Assembly (NCBI GenBank): GCA_964458155.1
Contig: CAYWGP010000199.1
Span: forward strand, 11,894-75,893
Origin: an uncultured Bacteroides sp.
Lineage (GTDB): Bacteria > Bacteroidota > Bacteroidia > Bacteroidales > GCA-2748055
Direction of reading: 5' to 3'
DNA length: 64,000 bases
In this document: piece by piece, positions 1-9,476 of the stretch
Numbering within the stretch: the stretch's first letter is position 1
Layout: every line of letters begins with the position of its first letter
Translations under genes and position numbers: made by a program
Notes under the pieces: model-generated
The model's database searches: none
Seen by the model: the letters and a program-made list of their open reading frames with translations, nothing else
What the model was told of the DNA's origin: nothing

Positions 1-426
1 TGGGATCGTGGACAGCTTACATTGATCGACAGTACCCTTTCGTGGCCCAATGGGATAGCCCTGTCGCCCGATGAAAAGTATCTCTACGTGGCTAATATGG
101 AAATTTTGCAGGAAGAAGGAGAGGAGCAATACGATGTATTCTGGTTGAGATACACCCTTAATGGAAAAGGAGAAGCTGTGAAAAAAGAGGTTTTTTTCAG
201 GGCTGTTGATACCACTCTCCCGGGTGGACCCGATGGGATGAAGGTGGACAGGAACGGGAATCTTTTTGTGACCGGTCCGGGAGGCATCCTGGTACTGGAC
301 GGTGCAGGAACACATCTGGGTACCATTTCCCTGCCTGTTCCGGCCACCAACCTGGCTTTTGGTCCCAAGGAGTATGAGCTGTTTGTGACCGCCAGGTCCA
401 CCGTATACAGAATAACAATGGAATAA
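1..426 (+). CDS. SMP-30/gluconolactonase/LRE-like beta-propeller protein, C-terminal part (5' end outside window)
   Basis: The frame is open from nt 1 (WDRGQLTLIDS...), so the TTG at 22 in the ORF track is not a true start. WPNGIALSPDEKYLYVAN and GGPDGMKVDRNGNLFVTGPGG are repeat signatures I associate with SGL/gluconolactonase proteins. The gene lies directly upstream of zwf-pgl. Confidence 0.75.
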   Translation, partial: WDRGQLTLIDSTLSWPNGIALSPDEKYLYVANMEILQEEGEEQYDVFWLRYTLNGKGEAVKKEVFFRAVDTTLPGGPDGMKVDRNGNLFVTGPGGILVLDGAGTHLGTISLPVPATNLAFGPKEYELFVTARSTVYRITME

Positions 427-429
427 GCT

Positions 430-1929
430 ATGTATAAACCGAAGGATCATATACTGATTATATTTGGCGCCTCTGGCGATCTGACCAGGCGGAAACTGAT
501 TCCAGCCCTGGGCGAATTGCAAAAACTGGATCTGCTGCCCGATAAATTTGCAGTGCTTGGTGTAGGGAGAAGCAAATATGACGATAGCAGCTACAGAGCT
601 ATGATCTCCAGCCACATGGAAGATGCTGAGGCTTTGCTCCCCCTGCTTTATTACTACTCCATGGATACAAAGTCCGGAGATGATTTTGCAGGCCTGGCCC
701 GACATCTGGAAAAGATGAGCTCAGAGTTGGAGATCGATCCCAGCTATCTCTTTTATCTGGCTACACCACCATCGCTTTATGAGACCATTCCCCGGCTGCT
801 TTCGGAGCATGGACTTACCAGGGAGACCGGGGAATACTTCCGAAGGATCATTATTGAAAAGCCTTTCGGGATGGACTACCTCTCGGCCAACGAACTGAAC
901 AGGAAACTTCTTTCTCATTTGCAGGAACAACAGGTATACCGGATCGATCACTACCTGGGAAAAGAAACCGTACAGAATGTGCTGGTAACCAGGTTCTCTA
1001 ATGGGATTTTTGAACCCCTCTGGAACCGGAACTATGTACACCATGTGGAGATCACCTCCTCGGAGAGCCTGGGAGTTGGAAGCAGAGGGGGATACTATGA
1101 CAATTCTGGTGCCCTGAGGGATATGTTGCAGAATCACCTGCTCCAGCTGGTTGGACTGGTGGCCATGGAGCCACCTACAGTGATCAGTTCCGATGCCATC
1201 AGAAATGAAGTTCTGAAAGTATTCCAGTCATTCCGGCCAATTACCGGTAAGGCCATACGTGATCAGCTTATCAGGGGACAATATATGGCTTCGCATGTTC
1301 GGGGAGAGGCTATGGCTGCCTACCGGGACGAAGAGGGAGTTCCGGAGGACAGCCGGACAGAGACATATGTGGCCATGAAATTATACATCGATAACTGGAG
1401 ATGGGGTGGTGTTCCCTTCTATATACGAACGGGTAAAAGACTGCCCACCAAGGTCACCGAGATCGTGGTACATTTTAAACCCTCTCCACATAGCCTGTTT
1501 CTCGACCAGGAAGGGGACTCAAACAGGGGAAATCAACTGATTATCAGAATACAGCCTGATGAAGGAATCCTTCTTAAGTTTGGCATGAAGGTTCAGGGGG
1601 CCGGTTTTAAAGTGCAGGAAGCCAACATGGATTTTCACTATAAAAATCTGAGCGACAGCTATATCCCTGCAGCTTACCAGCGCTTGTTACTGGATTGCAT
1701 GCAGGGCGACAGCACGCTCTATACCAGGGGAGATGCAGTAGAGGCGGCCTGGCGCTTTGTGGATCCCATACTTAAGGCCTGGGAAGAGGATAAAAGCATC
1801 CCCCTCCATGGATACCCATGTGGCACCTGGGGACCCGAGGAAGCAGATATGATGTTTGAACAGGAAGGTTATACCTGGCGTTATCCTTGTAAGAACCTGG
1901 CCGATGATGGTCTATATTGTGAGCTGTAA
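430..1929 (+). CDS. zwf: Glucose-6-phosphate 1-dehydrogenase
   Basis: 499 aa. It has the N-terminal NADP-binding GASGDLTRRKL, the EKPFG motif, and the diagnostic G6PD nonapeptide RIDHYLGKE (nt 940-966). Confidence 0.95.
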   Translation: MYKPKDHILIIFGASGDLTRRKLIPALGELQKLDLLPDKFAVLGVGRSKYDDSSYRAMISSHMEDAEALLPLLYYYSMDTKSGDDFAGLARHLEKMSSELEIDPSYLFYLATPPSLYETIPRLLSEHGLTRETGEYFRRIIIEKPFGMDYLSANELNRKLLSHLQEQQVYRIDHYLGKETVQNVLVTRFSNGIFEPLWNRNYVHHVEITSSESLGVGSRGGYYDNSGALRDMLQNHLLQLVGLVAMEPPTVISSDAIRNEVLKVFQSFRPITGKAIRDQLIRGQYMASHVRGEAMAAYRDEEGVPEDSRTETYVAMKLYIDNWRWGGVPFYIRTGKRLPTKVTEIVVHFKPSPHSLFLDQEGDSNRGNQLIIRIQPDEGILLKFGMKVQGAGFKVQEANMDFHYKNLSDSYIPAAYQRLLLDCMQGDSTLYTRGDAVEAAWRFVDPILKAWEEDKSIPLHGYPCGTWGPEEADMMFEQEGYTWRYPCKNLADDGLYCEL

Positions 1930-2657
1930 TGGAAAGGAAGAGGAATTATATCTATCCTGATAAGGAAAGCCTGCTTGCCGCTTTTGTCTGTGAATTTTCC
2001 AGCACATTGAAAGAGTATGCAGAGGAGGGAAGACAACTTCATATAGCCCTTTCGGGAGGATCCACATCACTCGGCATATTCAGGCAGCTTGCAGAGCAAA
2101 CCAGCAGGGAGGAATGGTCACATGTGAGTATTTACTGGGGAGATGAACGCTGTGTCCCTCCCGATCATCCTGAGAGCAATTATGGGAATGCCAGGGAAAT
2201 TTTATTGGATCCGCTTGGACTGGACAAGGACCTGATCCACCGGATCAGAGGAGAAGAGGAGCCCCCCGGGGAAGCTGAACGCTATGGAAAGGAGCTGTTA
2301 AAGTATCTGCCCGGCGAAAATGGCTTTCCGGTATTTGACTGGATATGGCTTGGTCTTGGCTCAGACGGCCACACTGCCTCCATCTTTCCAAATGAAATTG
2401 AATTGTGGACCTCCGGATCGCCATGTGTGATAGGCCATCACCCGGTCTCAGCTCAGTCAAGAATCTCTCTGACGGGAGGAGTTCTCAATGCTGCCAGACG
2501 GGTTACTTTTATATGCTCCGGTGATGAAAAGGCGGGAGTGATCCGTGAGATTTTCATGAAGGAGGGTAATTATAATCAATATCCTGCTTTTTATGTGGAC
2601 CCGGTTTCCGGAAACCTTGAATGGTACATGGATCAGAATGCTGCCAAGCTTCTATAA
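1929..2657 (+). CDS. pgl: 6-phosphogluconolactonase
   Basis: 242 aa. Its ATG shares one base with the zwf stop (TAATG). The motifs SGGSTS, WGDERCVP and LGLGSDGHTASIFP fit the Pgl/NagB superfamily, and zwf-pgl synteny supports the call. Confidence 0.9.
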   Translation: MERKRNYIYPDKESLLAAFVCEFSSTLKEYAEEGRQLHIALSGGSTSLGIFRQLAEQTSREEWSHVSIYWGDERCVPPDHPESNYGNAREILLDPLGLDKDLIHRIRGEEEPPGEAERYGKELLKYLPGENGFPVFDWIWLGLGSDGHTASIFPNEIELWTSGSPCVIGHHPVSAQSRISLTGGVLNAARRVTFICSGDEKAGVIREIFMKEGNYNQYPAFYVDPVSGNLEWYMDQNAAKLL

Positions 2658-2659
2658 CT

Positions 2660-3940
2660 ATGAGCAATCCTTACACCCTTGAATATGCCAGGGCGCTGGA
2701 CCGGGATGATCCACTGGGAACTTTCCGGGATAAATTTGTGATCGCAGACCCTTCCATGGTCTACCTGGATGGAAATTCCCTGGGGCGACTGCCATTAAGG
2801 ACGCTGAATTCCATGGAACATACCATCAGGGAGCAGTGGGGAGAAAAGTTGATCCGGAGCTGGAACGAAGGATGGTATACCCAATCGACACGGCTGGGGA
2901 AGAAGATCGCTCACATAATCGGTGCCCGTCCCGATGAAGTGATTGTTTCTGATTCTACTTCCGTTAATCTATATAAGCTGGCCTATGGCGCGTTAAGAGC
3001 CAGGGAAGGTAAAACTGAGCTTATCTCAGACGATATGAACTTCCCATCGGACCTCTACATCCTTCAGGGATTGGTCAGACAGTTTGGCGACCGGTATAAA
3101 TTGCGCCTGTTAAAGTCGCCCGATGGGATTTCATCAGATATGACCGAACTGGTGCGGATGCTTAACCATAATACGGCCCTGATATCTTTGTCGCACGTTG
3201 CCTTTAAAAGCGCTTATATGTATGATATGGAGCGGGTTACAGAGCTGGCTCGCCTGCACGATACTCTGGTTCTCTGGGATCTGAGCCATTCAGCCGGAGT
3301 GGTCCCGGTGAATCTGAATAAGGCAAATGTGGACCTGGCAGTGGGGTGTACCTATAAATATTTGAATGGCGGACCGGGTTCACCTGCCTTTCTCTATGTG
3401 AAGAGGGAGTTACAGGAGCAAATTGAAAACCCTATTCAGGGCTGGTTTGGTGAAAGCAAACCTTTTGACTTCCATCTGCATTACCGGAAAGGGGAAGGAA
3501 TTCGCAAATTCCTTGCAGGGACCCCCCCCGTAATTTCCCTGGCGGGTCTGGGTCCTGCCCTGGATATGATCCTGGAAGCAGGTGTTGATCCCATCAGGCA
3601 AAAAAGTGTGGCACTGAGTGAATACCTGCTGTCCCTGGTAAAACCCTGGATCACGGGTAGCGGTATCCGGGTGGGTTCGCCTGAACTCATTGAGAAGAGG
3701 GGATCTCACATCTCCCTGAAGCATGCAGAGGCATATCGCATTTGCAGAGCCCTTAACGATCCGGGTCTGGGCGGCGGGGTGGTGATTCCCGACTTCAGGG
3801 AGCCTAATAATATCCGGATTGGCATCAGTCCCTTATACACCTCATATGAGGATATTTTCAAGGCTGTGACCCAGCTAAAGGAGATTATTAGAAAGAAATT
3901 TTATAAGGATTATTCACTTGACAGGGAGCAGGTTACATGA
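2660..3940 (+). CDS. kynU: Kynureninase (PLP-dependent, aminotransferase class V fold)
   Basis: YLDGNSLG, DLSHSAG and the PLP-lysine context GCTYKYLNGGPGSPAFLYV match kynureninase as I remember it. I moved the start from the track's 2621, which overlaps pgl by 37 nt, to the ATG at 2660, 3 nt after the pgl stop. Confidence 0.8.
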   Translation: MSNPYTLEYARALDRDDPLGTFRDKFVIADPSMVYLDGNSLGRLPLRTLNSMEHTIREQWGEKLIRSWNEGWYTQSTRLGKKIAHIIGARPDEVIVSDSTSVNLYKLAYGALRAREGKTELISDDMNFPSDLYILQGLVRQFGDRYKLRLLKSPDGISSDMTELVRMLNHNTALISLSHVAFKSAYMYDMERVTELARLHDTLVLWDLSHSAGVVPVNLNKANVDLAVGCTYKYLNGGPGSPAFLYVKRELQEQIENPIQGWFGESKPFDFHLHYRKGEGIRKFLAGTPPVISLAGLGPALDMILEAGVDPIRQKSVALSEYLLSLVKPWITGSGIRVGSPELIEKRGSHISLKHAEAYRICRALNDPGLGGGVVIPDFREPNNIRIGISPLYTSYEDIFKAVTQLKEIIRKKFYKDYSLDREQVT

Positions 3941-4039
3941 TTTCAGTTTATATAGATTCTATATTACTGAATTTTTAACATTCTGAATGCAACCATTGGG
4001 TCCGGTTTCCGTTTTCTATTTATATTAAAACCTGACCCG

Positions 4040-5743
4040 ATGGCTTCTTTAAATGAAATCACCGGCGTACTGGGGCGTGCACGTGCAGCTCACCTCTTAC
4101 GCAGGGCCACTTTTGGGCCCACCATTTCTGAAATCGATCAGTTTTCAGGATTAACAGTTACCGAAGCAATAAATCTCCTGCTTGACGATAGCGCTGAAAA
4201 TCCACCACCGCCTATTGATCCTCTTACCAGCTTAACCTGGGTTGACCCCACCGGTGTGGACGGTCCCCCCAAAGCCGGAGAGGTAAATAGTGAACAGGAC
4301 CAGCTCTTCGAGTACTTTCAGGCCTGGCATATGGACGTGATGCGCCAGGCTCCGCCAACACTCAAGGAACGTATTACCTGGTTCATGCATACCCATTTGC
4401 CTGCGCGATGGACCGAGATCAACCAGAGTGAGGCGGTCTACTATCAGAATTGTCTTTACAGGCACTATGCCTATGGCAGCTTTAAGGAACTTTTCAAGAA
4501 GATTTGCGTGGACAATGCCATGTTAAGGTACCTGGATGGATATTCCAACAAAAGGAATTCCCCCAATGAGAATTTTGCCAGGGAAATGTTTGAGCTTTAC
4601 AGCATTGGCAAAGGGAAGCAGGTGGCCGAAGGAGACTATACCAACTACACTGAAGATGATATTAAAGCAGCCACCCGTGTACTTACGGGCTGGGAACTGG
4701 ATGAGACATATACCTACCTGGATCCGGATACAAATCTGCCCGCAGGAAAAATGCGCAGCCATTTGGCTGGTGACGGAACGACGGAACTTGCCACGGAACA
4801 CGATGCCGGAATAAAAACCTTTACCTCAAAATTTGGAGGCACAAGCATTCAGCCCCCGGCTCTGGTGGAGGATTTTTCCACTGTGGAAGATGCCTTTGGT
4901 GAGCTGGATGAGATGATTGAGATGATCTTCTCCCAGCAGGAGACAGGCCGTTTTATAGCCAGGAAGCTCTATCGCTTTTTTGTCTACCATTTTATCACCG
5001 AGGAGGCCGAGACAGATATCATTGGTCCCCTTGCCCAGGTCCTGATTGATAATGATTACAGCATTCAGGAGCTTCTGACGGTTCTTTTGAAAAGCGAGCA
5101 TTTCTTTGACCAGGACGATGCTGTGAAAGAGAACGATAATGTGGGGGCCCTGATTAAATCGCCGGTGGATATATTTACAGGACTCTTCAGGTTGTTTGAG
5201 ATTCAGTTTCCTGACCGCGATACTGATACAATCACATTCTATCAGGATATGACATATGTGGTCTCAAAGCTGGTGGACCAGGGGCTGAATTTTTATGAAC
5301 CCTTTGAGGTGGCCGGCTATCCTGCCTATCACCAGATTCCGGGATATAACCGGAACTGGATAACTACCTATGCCCTGGCGCACAGGTACCAGTCAGGTGG
5401 AATTCTTATGCAAACACTGGAGCAGGAAAACACAAGGACCTTTATTCTGGATATAGTGGACTGGGTGGAAAATTCAGGACATATTTCTGACCCATCCGAT
5501 GCTGTGGAAATTATGGATGTGCTGGTGGCAAATCTTTTTGCCATAGAGCCCACCCAGGAACGCTACGACTACTTCCTCTATACGGTTTTTCTGGACAATC
5601 CGGAGGATCAGGCCTATGCACGTCTGTTGTGGACCCAGGAATGGAGTGCTTACCTGGGTTCGAGTGATGATACTGTGGTCCGGGCTTTGCTGGAAGGACT
5701 GCTTACTGCCTTAATTGAGACTCCTGAATTTCAACTATACTAA
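4040..5743 (+). CDS. DUF1800 domain protein
   Basis: 567 aa. MLRYLDG...NENFAREMFELYSIGKG is the characteristic DUF1800 core. It is paired with a DUF1501 gene 7 nt downstream, which is the usual arrangement. Confidence 0.8.
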   Translation: MASLNEITGVLGRARAAHLLRRATFGPTISEIDQFSGLTVTEAINLLLDDSAENPPPPIDPLTSLTWVDPTGVDGPPKAGEVNSEQDQLFEYFQAWHMDVMRQAPPTLKERITWFMHTHLPARWTEINQSEAVYYQNCLYRHYAYGSFKELFKKICVDNAMLRYLDGYSNKRNSPNENFAREMFELYSIGKGKQVAEGDYTNYTEDDIKAATRVLTGWELDETYTYLDPDTNLPAGKMRSHLAGDGTTELATEHDAGIKTFTSKFGGTSIQPPALVEDFSTVEDAFGELDEMIEMIFSQQETGRFIARKLYRFFVYHFITEEAETDIIGPLAQVLIDNDYSIQELLTVLLKSEHFFDQDDAVKENDNVGALIKSPVDIFTGLFRLFEIQFPDRDTDTITFYQDMTYVVSKLVDQGLNFYEPFEVAGYPAYHQIPGYNRNWITTYALAHRYQSGGILMQTLEQENTRTFILDIVDWVENSGHISDPSDAVEIMDVLVANLFAIEPTQERYDYFLYTVFLDNPEDQAYARLLWTQEWSAYLGSSDDTVVRALLEGLLTALIETPEFQLY

Positions 5744-5749
5744 AAGGCT

Positions 5750-7390
5750 ATGAAAAGAAGAAATTTTATACGGAACGTGGCCTATGGAAGTGCCGCTGGA
5801 TTAACACTGGGCGGGATTCCATTGAACATGCTGGCTGCAAACAGCCCCATGGCACGCTTTGCTGCAGATGCGGTTAATGATAAGGTACTGGTATTTATCC
5901 AGATGCATGGTGGGAACGACGGACTCAATACCCTGATCCCCATCTCCCAGTATGATGAATACTACAATCTCAGACCTAATATTGCCATCAGGCATACCGG
6001 AACCAGGAGTTACCTGGAAGTGGATGATACGGTGGATGAGAATGCCAGGGTGGGATTGCATCCCGAGATGCTGGCATTTAAAGAGATGTACGACCAGGAA
6101 AAGGTAGCGATTATCCAGAATGTGGGCTATCCCGATATGAACCTGAGCCATTTCAGGGGCAGGGATGTGGTTTTTATGGGTGGAGATGAATCGGAGAACA
6201 ACCAGTACCAGTCGGGTTGGATGGGTCGTTACCTGAATAATATCTATCCGGGTTATCCTGATGCCTATCCCAGCGAAACCATGGAGGATCCCATCGGGAT
6301 TGAGTTAAGCGGAACCCTCTCCCTTGCTTTTCACCGTGAGAATGGCATTCCCATTGGTCTGAATATTGGAAGCCCTGAACAGTTCTACCAGTTGATTTCC
6401 AGTGTGGGAGTGGATCCGCCCATTGCTTTCCCGGGGAGCCATGCAGGAGATGAACTCCGTTACATCATGGAGTTTGAAAAGAAATCGAACCAGTATGCGG
6501 GCCGCCTGAAGGATGTATATGATGCGGGTAGCAACTCCGGTGTGGAGTACCCCGAAGTCTATCCCTATGCTTCACCCATCAGGGCTAACAACCTGAGCAG
6601 TCAGCTGAAACTCATTGCAAGGCTGATCAAGGGGGGCGTGAAAACCAAGATCTTCCTCTGCCGCATCGGGGGCTTTGATACCCATGGCGAACAGGTGGAT
6701 GAAAATGATCCCAGCCTGGGAGTACATGCAGCATTGCTTCACAACCTTTCAGGCGCAGTGAAAGCCTTCTATGACGACCTGAACCAGCTGGGGATTGATG
6801 AGCGTGTTCTTTCCCTGACCTTCACCGAATTTGGTCGACGCGCCAAATCCAACGACAGTTACGGAACTGATCATGGAACAGCTACTCCTGTCTTTGTTTT
6901 TGGAACAAAATTGAATAGCGGCATTTACGGGGTGAATCCCGGCTTGCAGCCTGAAGACATGAATAACTATAACCTGGTTTACAACATTGATTACAGGCAG
7001 ATCTATACCTCCGTTATCCAGGATTGGTTCGAAGGAGATAATCAGGCACTCATTGATACGGGTTTCAGCCAGTGGGTCGACAGCAGATTGCCCATTGTGC
7101 ATGTTACCGGGACGCAGGATTATACTCCGGGGAAGAATCCGAACTCTCTGTATATCTATCCCAATCCGGTAAAGGATATGCTTCATATCCAGTTCAACCT
7201 TGAATTCAGGGGAGATATTGGATTACATGTTATTGATTCGTCGGGACGCCGTCTGATTTCAGTACACCGTGAGGGATTGTTCGGACCCAATGTGACAGAA
7301 CTGGATGTATCGGACCTGAAAGAGGGTATGTACCATTTGCAAATGATCCATCAGGGTAAGAGGATTCACAGCAGTTTTCTTAAGTTATAG
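5750..7390 (+). CDS. DUF1501 domain protein with twin-arginine signal and T9SS C-terminal sorting domain
   Basis: The N-terminus MKRRNFIRNVAYGSAAGLTLGG looks like a Tat signal. DUF1501 motifs are QMHGGNDGLNTLIP, GGFDTHGEQ and FTEFGRR...GTDHG. The last ~80 aa (LYIYPNPVKDMLHIQF...GMYHLQMIHQGKRIHSSFLKL, about nt 7141-7387) look like a Por/T9SS sorting domain. Confidence 0.8.
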   Translation: MKRRNFIRNVAYGSAAGLTLGGIPLNMLAANSPMARFAADAVNDKVLVFIQMHGGNDGLNTLIPISQYDEYYNLRPNIAIRHTGTRSYLEVDDTVDENARVGLHPEMLAFKEMYDQEKVAIIQNVGYPDMNLSHFRGRDVVFMGGDESENNQYQSGWMGRYLNNIYPGYPDAYPSETMEDPIGIELSGTLSLAFHRENGIPIGLNIGSPEQFYQLISSVGVDPPIAFPGSHAGDELRYIMEFEKKSNQYAGRLKDVYDAGSNSGVEYPEVYPYASPIRANNLSSQLKLIARLIKGGVKTKIFLCRIGGFDTHGEQVDENDPSLGVHAALLHNLSGAVKAFYDDLNQLGIDERVLSLTFTEFGRRAKSNDSYGTDHGTATPVFVFGTKLNSGIYGVNPGLQPEDMNNYNLVYNIDYRQIYTSVIQDWFEGDNQALIDTGFSQWVDSRLPIVHVTGTQDYTPGKNPNSLYIYPNPVKDMLHIQFNLEFRGDIGLHVIDSSGRRLISVHREGLFGPNVTELDVSDLKEGMYHLQMIHQGKRIHSSFLKL

Positions 7391-7412
7391 TTGCAAGAGC
7401 TGAAGGAGCTGC

Positions 7413-8618
7413 TTAGTCTTCCTCAAGAACAAACTGGGCAGGGGGCATTTTGATCAATAAGGGACGCTTGTATTTTCCCACGGTATAGATACCTGCAAGG
7501 ATGGCAATTCCCTGATCAGCAGTCTGGATAAGATCCCGTACCTCCACCCGGTCGTCAAAAACCCTGTTATGTGTGTACAACAGGCTGTCCGATTCAAGGG
7601 CATACTGATAGACCAAAATGGAGTTTTCGTTGGTCTGGGATGCAAACATGGTAAACTTATCCGAATCCGCATTCAGTTGAAGGGCCATTACTGCTGCCCT
7701 GTAGGTGAGTTCATACTGGGGCTCGGCGGGCATATCCTTGATGTTCTCACTGCCTAATACATCAATTTCGGCACCGGCCATGATATAGTTGTTACCTTCA
7801 TAGTATGAGGTGAGGCCAAACAGGCTTCCGGATTTCTGGATCAGAGAACTGATTCCTTCCTCAGTCTGGAAAGAGTAAATATTCCCCATGGCCGATAATG
7901 AGTTCCCGTCAAGAAAAACGGTCCGCAAAGTATAATTATAGAAGCAATTCACAAAGTATCCTGAAGCGGAGCTGTTAGTGTAGGCTCCGATAAAAAAGGG
8001 ATAATCCTGTCCCGTCTTGTTCAGGTGGCGCTGCACCTCATATTCCATATCCGTATTTACATGCAGCCTGTTACTTCGCTGAAGTTGAAAACTACTGTTG
8101 TATTTTGCTATCCAGGAGGAGTGGGTTACAAAATCATAGCCCAGGACCATGAGATTTCCCTGCTCGTCACTAAATGAGTAAAGTGGCATGGTAATATCCA
8201 GTGCGTGGGAAGCAGTTTCTGATCCGTTATCCGGGTCGATTGTGACCGCATAGGCATCAAAGGTCTGATTCATTGCCACGAAGCTCAGGGAACCATTCTG
8301 AAGGATCAGTTTCGAGGTGGGAGTCAACCACTGGTAGTCCATGGTCCAGGTGACCACTCCCGACGAAGATGTGCGAACTATGGAAGTATAGGGATATTCA
8401 ATATCTGCATTTTCATCCTTCACGGCCGAAATTATAATATATCCTCCATCGGGCATTTCCACGACGCTTTCGGGATAGAGGGCCAGCTGTTCATCCGGGT
8501 GATTATAAATTTTCACAAAACCATCTTCAGGCATGATATCCTTCTGGTTTATCTCACATGCTGAGCTTAGCAGCAGCAGGAAGAACAGCAGGGCAATATG
8601 GCTTATTTTAATTCTCAT
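7413..8618 (-). CDS. Hypothetical lipoprotein (possible beta-propeller-like)
   Basis: The track ORF runs to 8786, but that extension overlaps the upstream gene. The internal start MRIKISHIALLFFLLLLSSAC (ATG at 8618) gives a clean lipoprotein signal with a lipobox Cys and sits 4 nt after the upstream stop. I recognise no family. Confidence 0.6.
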   Translation of the reverse strand: MRIKISHIALLFFLLLLSSACEINQKDIMPEDGFVKIYNHPDEQLALYPESVVEMPDGGYIIISAVKDENADIEYPYTSIVRTSSSGVVTWTMDYQWLTPTSKLILQNGSLSFVAMNQTFDAYAVTIDPDNGSETASHALDITMPLYSFSDEQGNLMVLGYDFVTHSSWIAKYNSSFQLQRSNRLHVNTDMEYEVQRHLNKTGQDYPFFIGAYTNSSASGYFVNCFYNYTLRTVFLDGNSLSAMGNIYSFQTEEGISSLIQKSGSLFGLTSYYEGNNYIMAGAEIDVLGSENIKDMPAEPQYELTYRAAVMALQLNADSDKFTMFASQTNENSILVYQYALESDSLLYTHNRVFDDRVEVRDLIQTADQGIAILAGIYTVGKYKRPLLIKMPPAQFVLEED

Positions 8619-8622
8619 AGCA

Positions 8623-9399
8623 TTAATAAAAGCATTCAACATTGCTATAGTGCTTCTGTTTCGAAAGCGAAAAGAGAACGGAAAGATTGATTTGCAGGTC
8701 ATTAAGCATAATGTCATCCTGGGCAAAAGTCTCACCACCGCCGGTCTCAAAGCGATCAGCTTTATTGGTAATATTATTAAGCCCAATATGATAGCCTACA
8801 TTCAGGTCGAGGATCACATACCTGAGGTCAACATAGGTTCCGGCCACAGCACCTGCAGTAAACTTGGAACTTATAAAAGTCTGGTTGGATGCATCAAGTG
8901 AACCCAGCAGATTACTGTAGGCTATTGAAGCACCCGCATATGGACGGAAGCGCTGCAAGTCAAATCTGTACCGGACTTCCAGCGGAACAGCGAAGTAGCG
9001 AAGCAGATAGGGAGTCTCCTGTTCCACCGTCTCGTTGCTGAATACGATCTCATTGAGCTTACTGAAGCGGTAGGTGTAGGTACCTGGTTTCAATGCGACA
9101 ATAAGAAAGTCATTGAACCATTCAATTTGTACAAAATACTGGTTTCCAATATTTTGAAACATGCCTGAATACTCGTTAGTATAGCTGGCCCCACTCAGGT
9201 CCTCATAGATATTATAAGGTTCCAGATCAACAATCTGAGCCATATTGACTCCGCCTCCGAAGCCGATACGGAGCTGGTTTAAAAAGCCTGCCTTCTGACC
9301 ATAAATGGTGCAGCTTAGCATCAGTCCCAGCAGTATAATCAGTAATGATTGCTTGTTTCTCACTTTATCAAAAACAGATTCGGTGCAAAATGGTTGCAC
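8623..9399 (-). CDS. Putative outer-membrane beta-barrel protein
   Basis: 258 aa. It has a hydrophobic signal-like segment (LLIILLGLMLSCTIYGQ) and an alternating amphipathic strand pattern with G/Y/F-rich segments (RIGFGGGVNMAQI, YAGASIAYSN, LNVGYHIGL). The exact start is uncertain (M at 9399 or a downstream GTG). It appears co-transcribed with the lipoprotein gene. Confidence 0.55.
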   Translation of the reverse strand: MQPFCTESVFDKVRNKQSLLIILLGLMLSCTIYGQKAGFLNQLRIGFGGGVNMAQIVDLEPYNIYEDLSGASYTNEYSGMFQNIGNQYFVQIEWFNDFLIVALKPGTYTYRFSKLNEIVFSNETVEQETPYLLRYFAVPLEVRYRFDLQRFRPYAGASIAYSNLLGSLDASNQTFISSKFTAGAVAGTYVDLRYVILDLNVGYHIGLNNITNKADRFETGGGETFAQDDIMLNDLQINLSVLFSLSKQKHYSNVECFY

Positions 9400-9476
9400 T
9401 TACCTGTCTTAAACGGAGAAAAGGAAAGGATGTTTTACCTCCGGGACATTCTTTTGCCCCGGAGATATAATATTTC

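Noticed and set aside
84-401. Many antisense or alternate-frame ORFs in the track that lie entirely inside long, motif-supported genes (e.g. 84-401-, 721-1137-, 15223-15780-, 17194-18003+, 22573-23262+, 24392-24832-, 30073-30711-, 26965-27423-, 51267-51749+, 44083-44562+)
   Set aside because: These are shadow ORFs. Each is fully overlapped by a longer ORF with clear family signatures. Their translations are low-complexity (Arg/Pro/Ser/Cys-rich) with no recognisable motifs.
2621-2659. N-terminal extensions suggested by the ORF track (kynU from 2621; lipoprotein from 8786; sialidase from 11169; SSF from TTG 28315; Fe-ADH from TTG 31010)
   Set aside because: The extensions overlap upstream genes or bury a clean signal peptide. 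Downstream ATGs (2660, 8618, 11220, 28324, 31019) give standard N-termini and short intergenic gaps.
8533-8901. Plus-strand 122-aa ORF spanning the junction of the two minus-strand genes (lipoprotein and beta-barrel)
   Set aside because: It overlaps both better-supported minus-strand genes and has a hydrophobic low-complexity translation. It is most likely a frame artefact.
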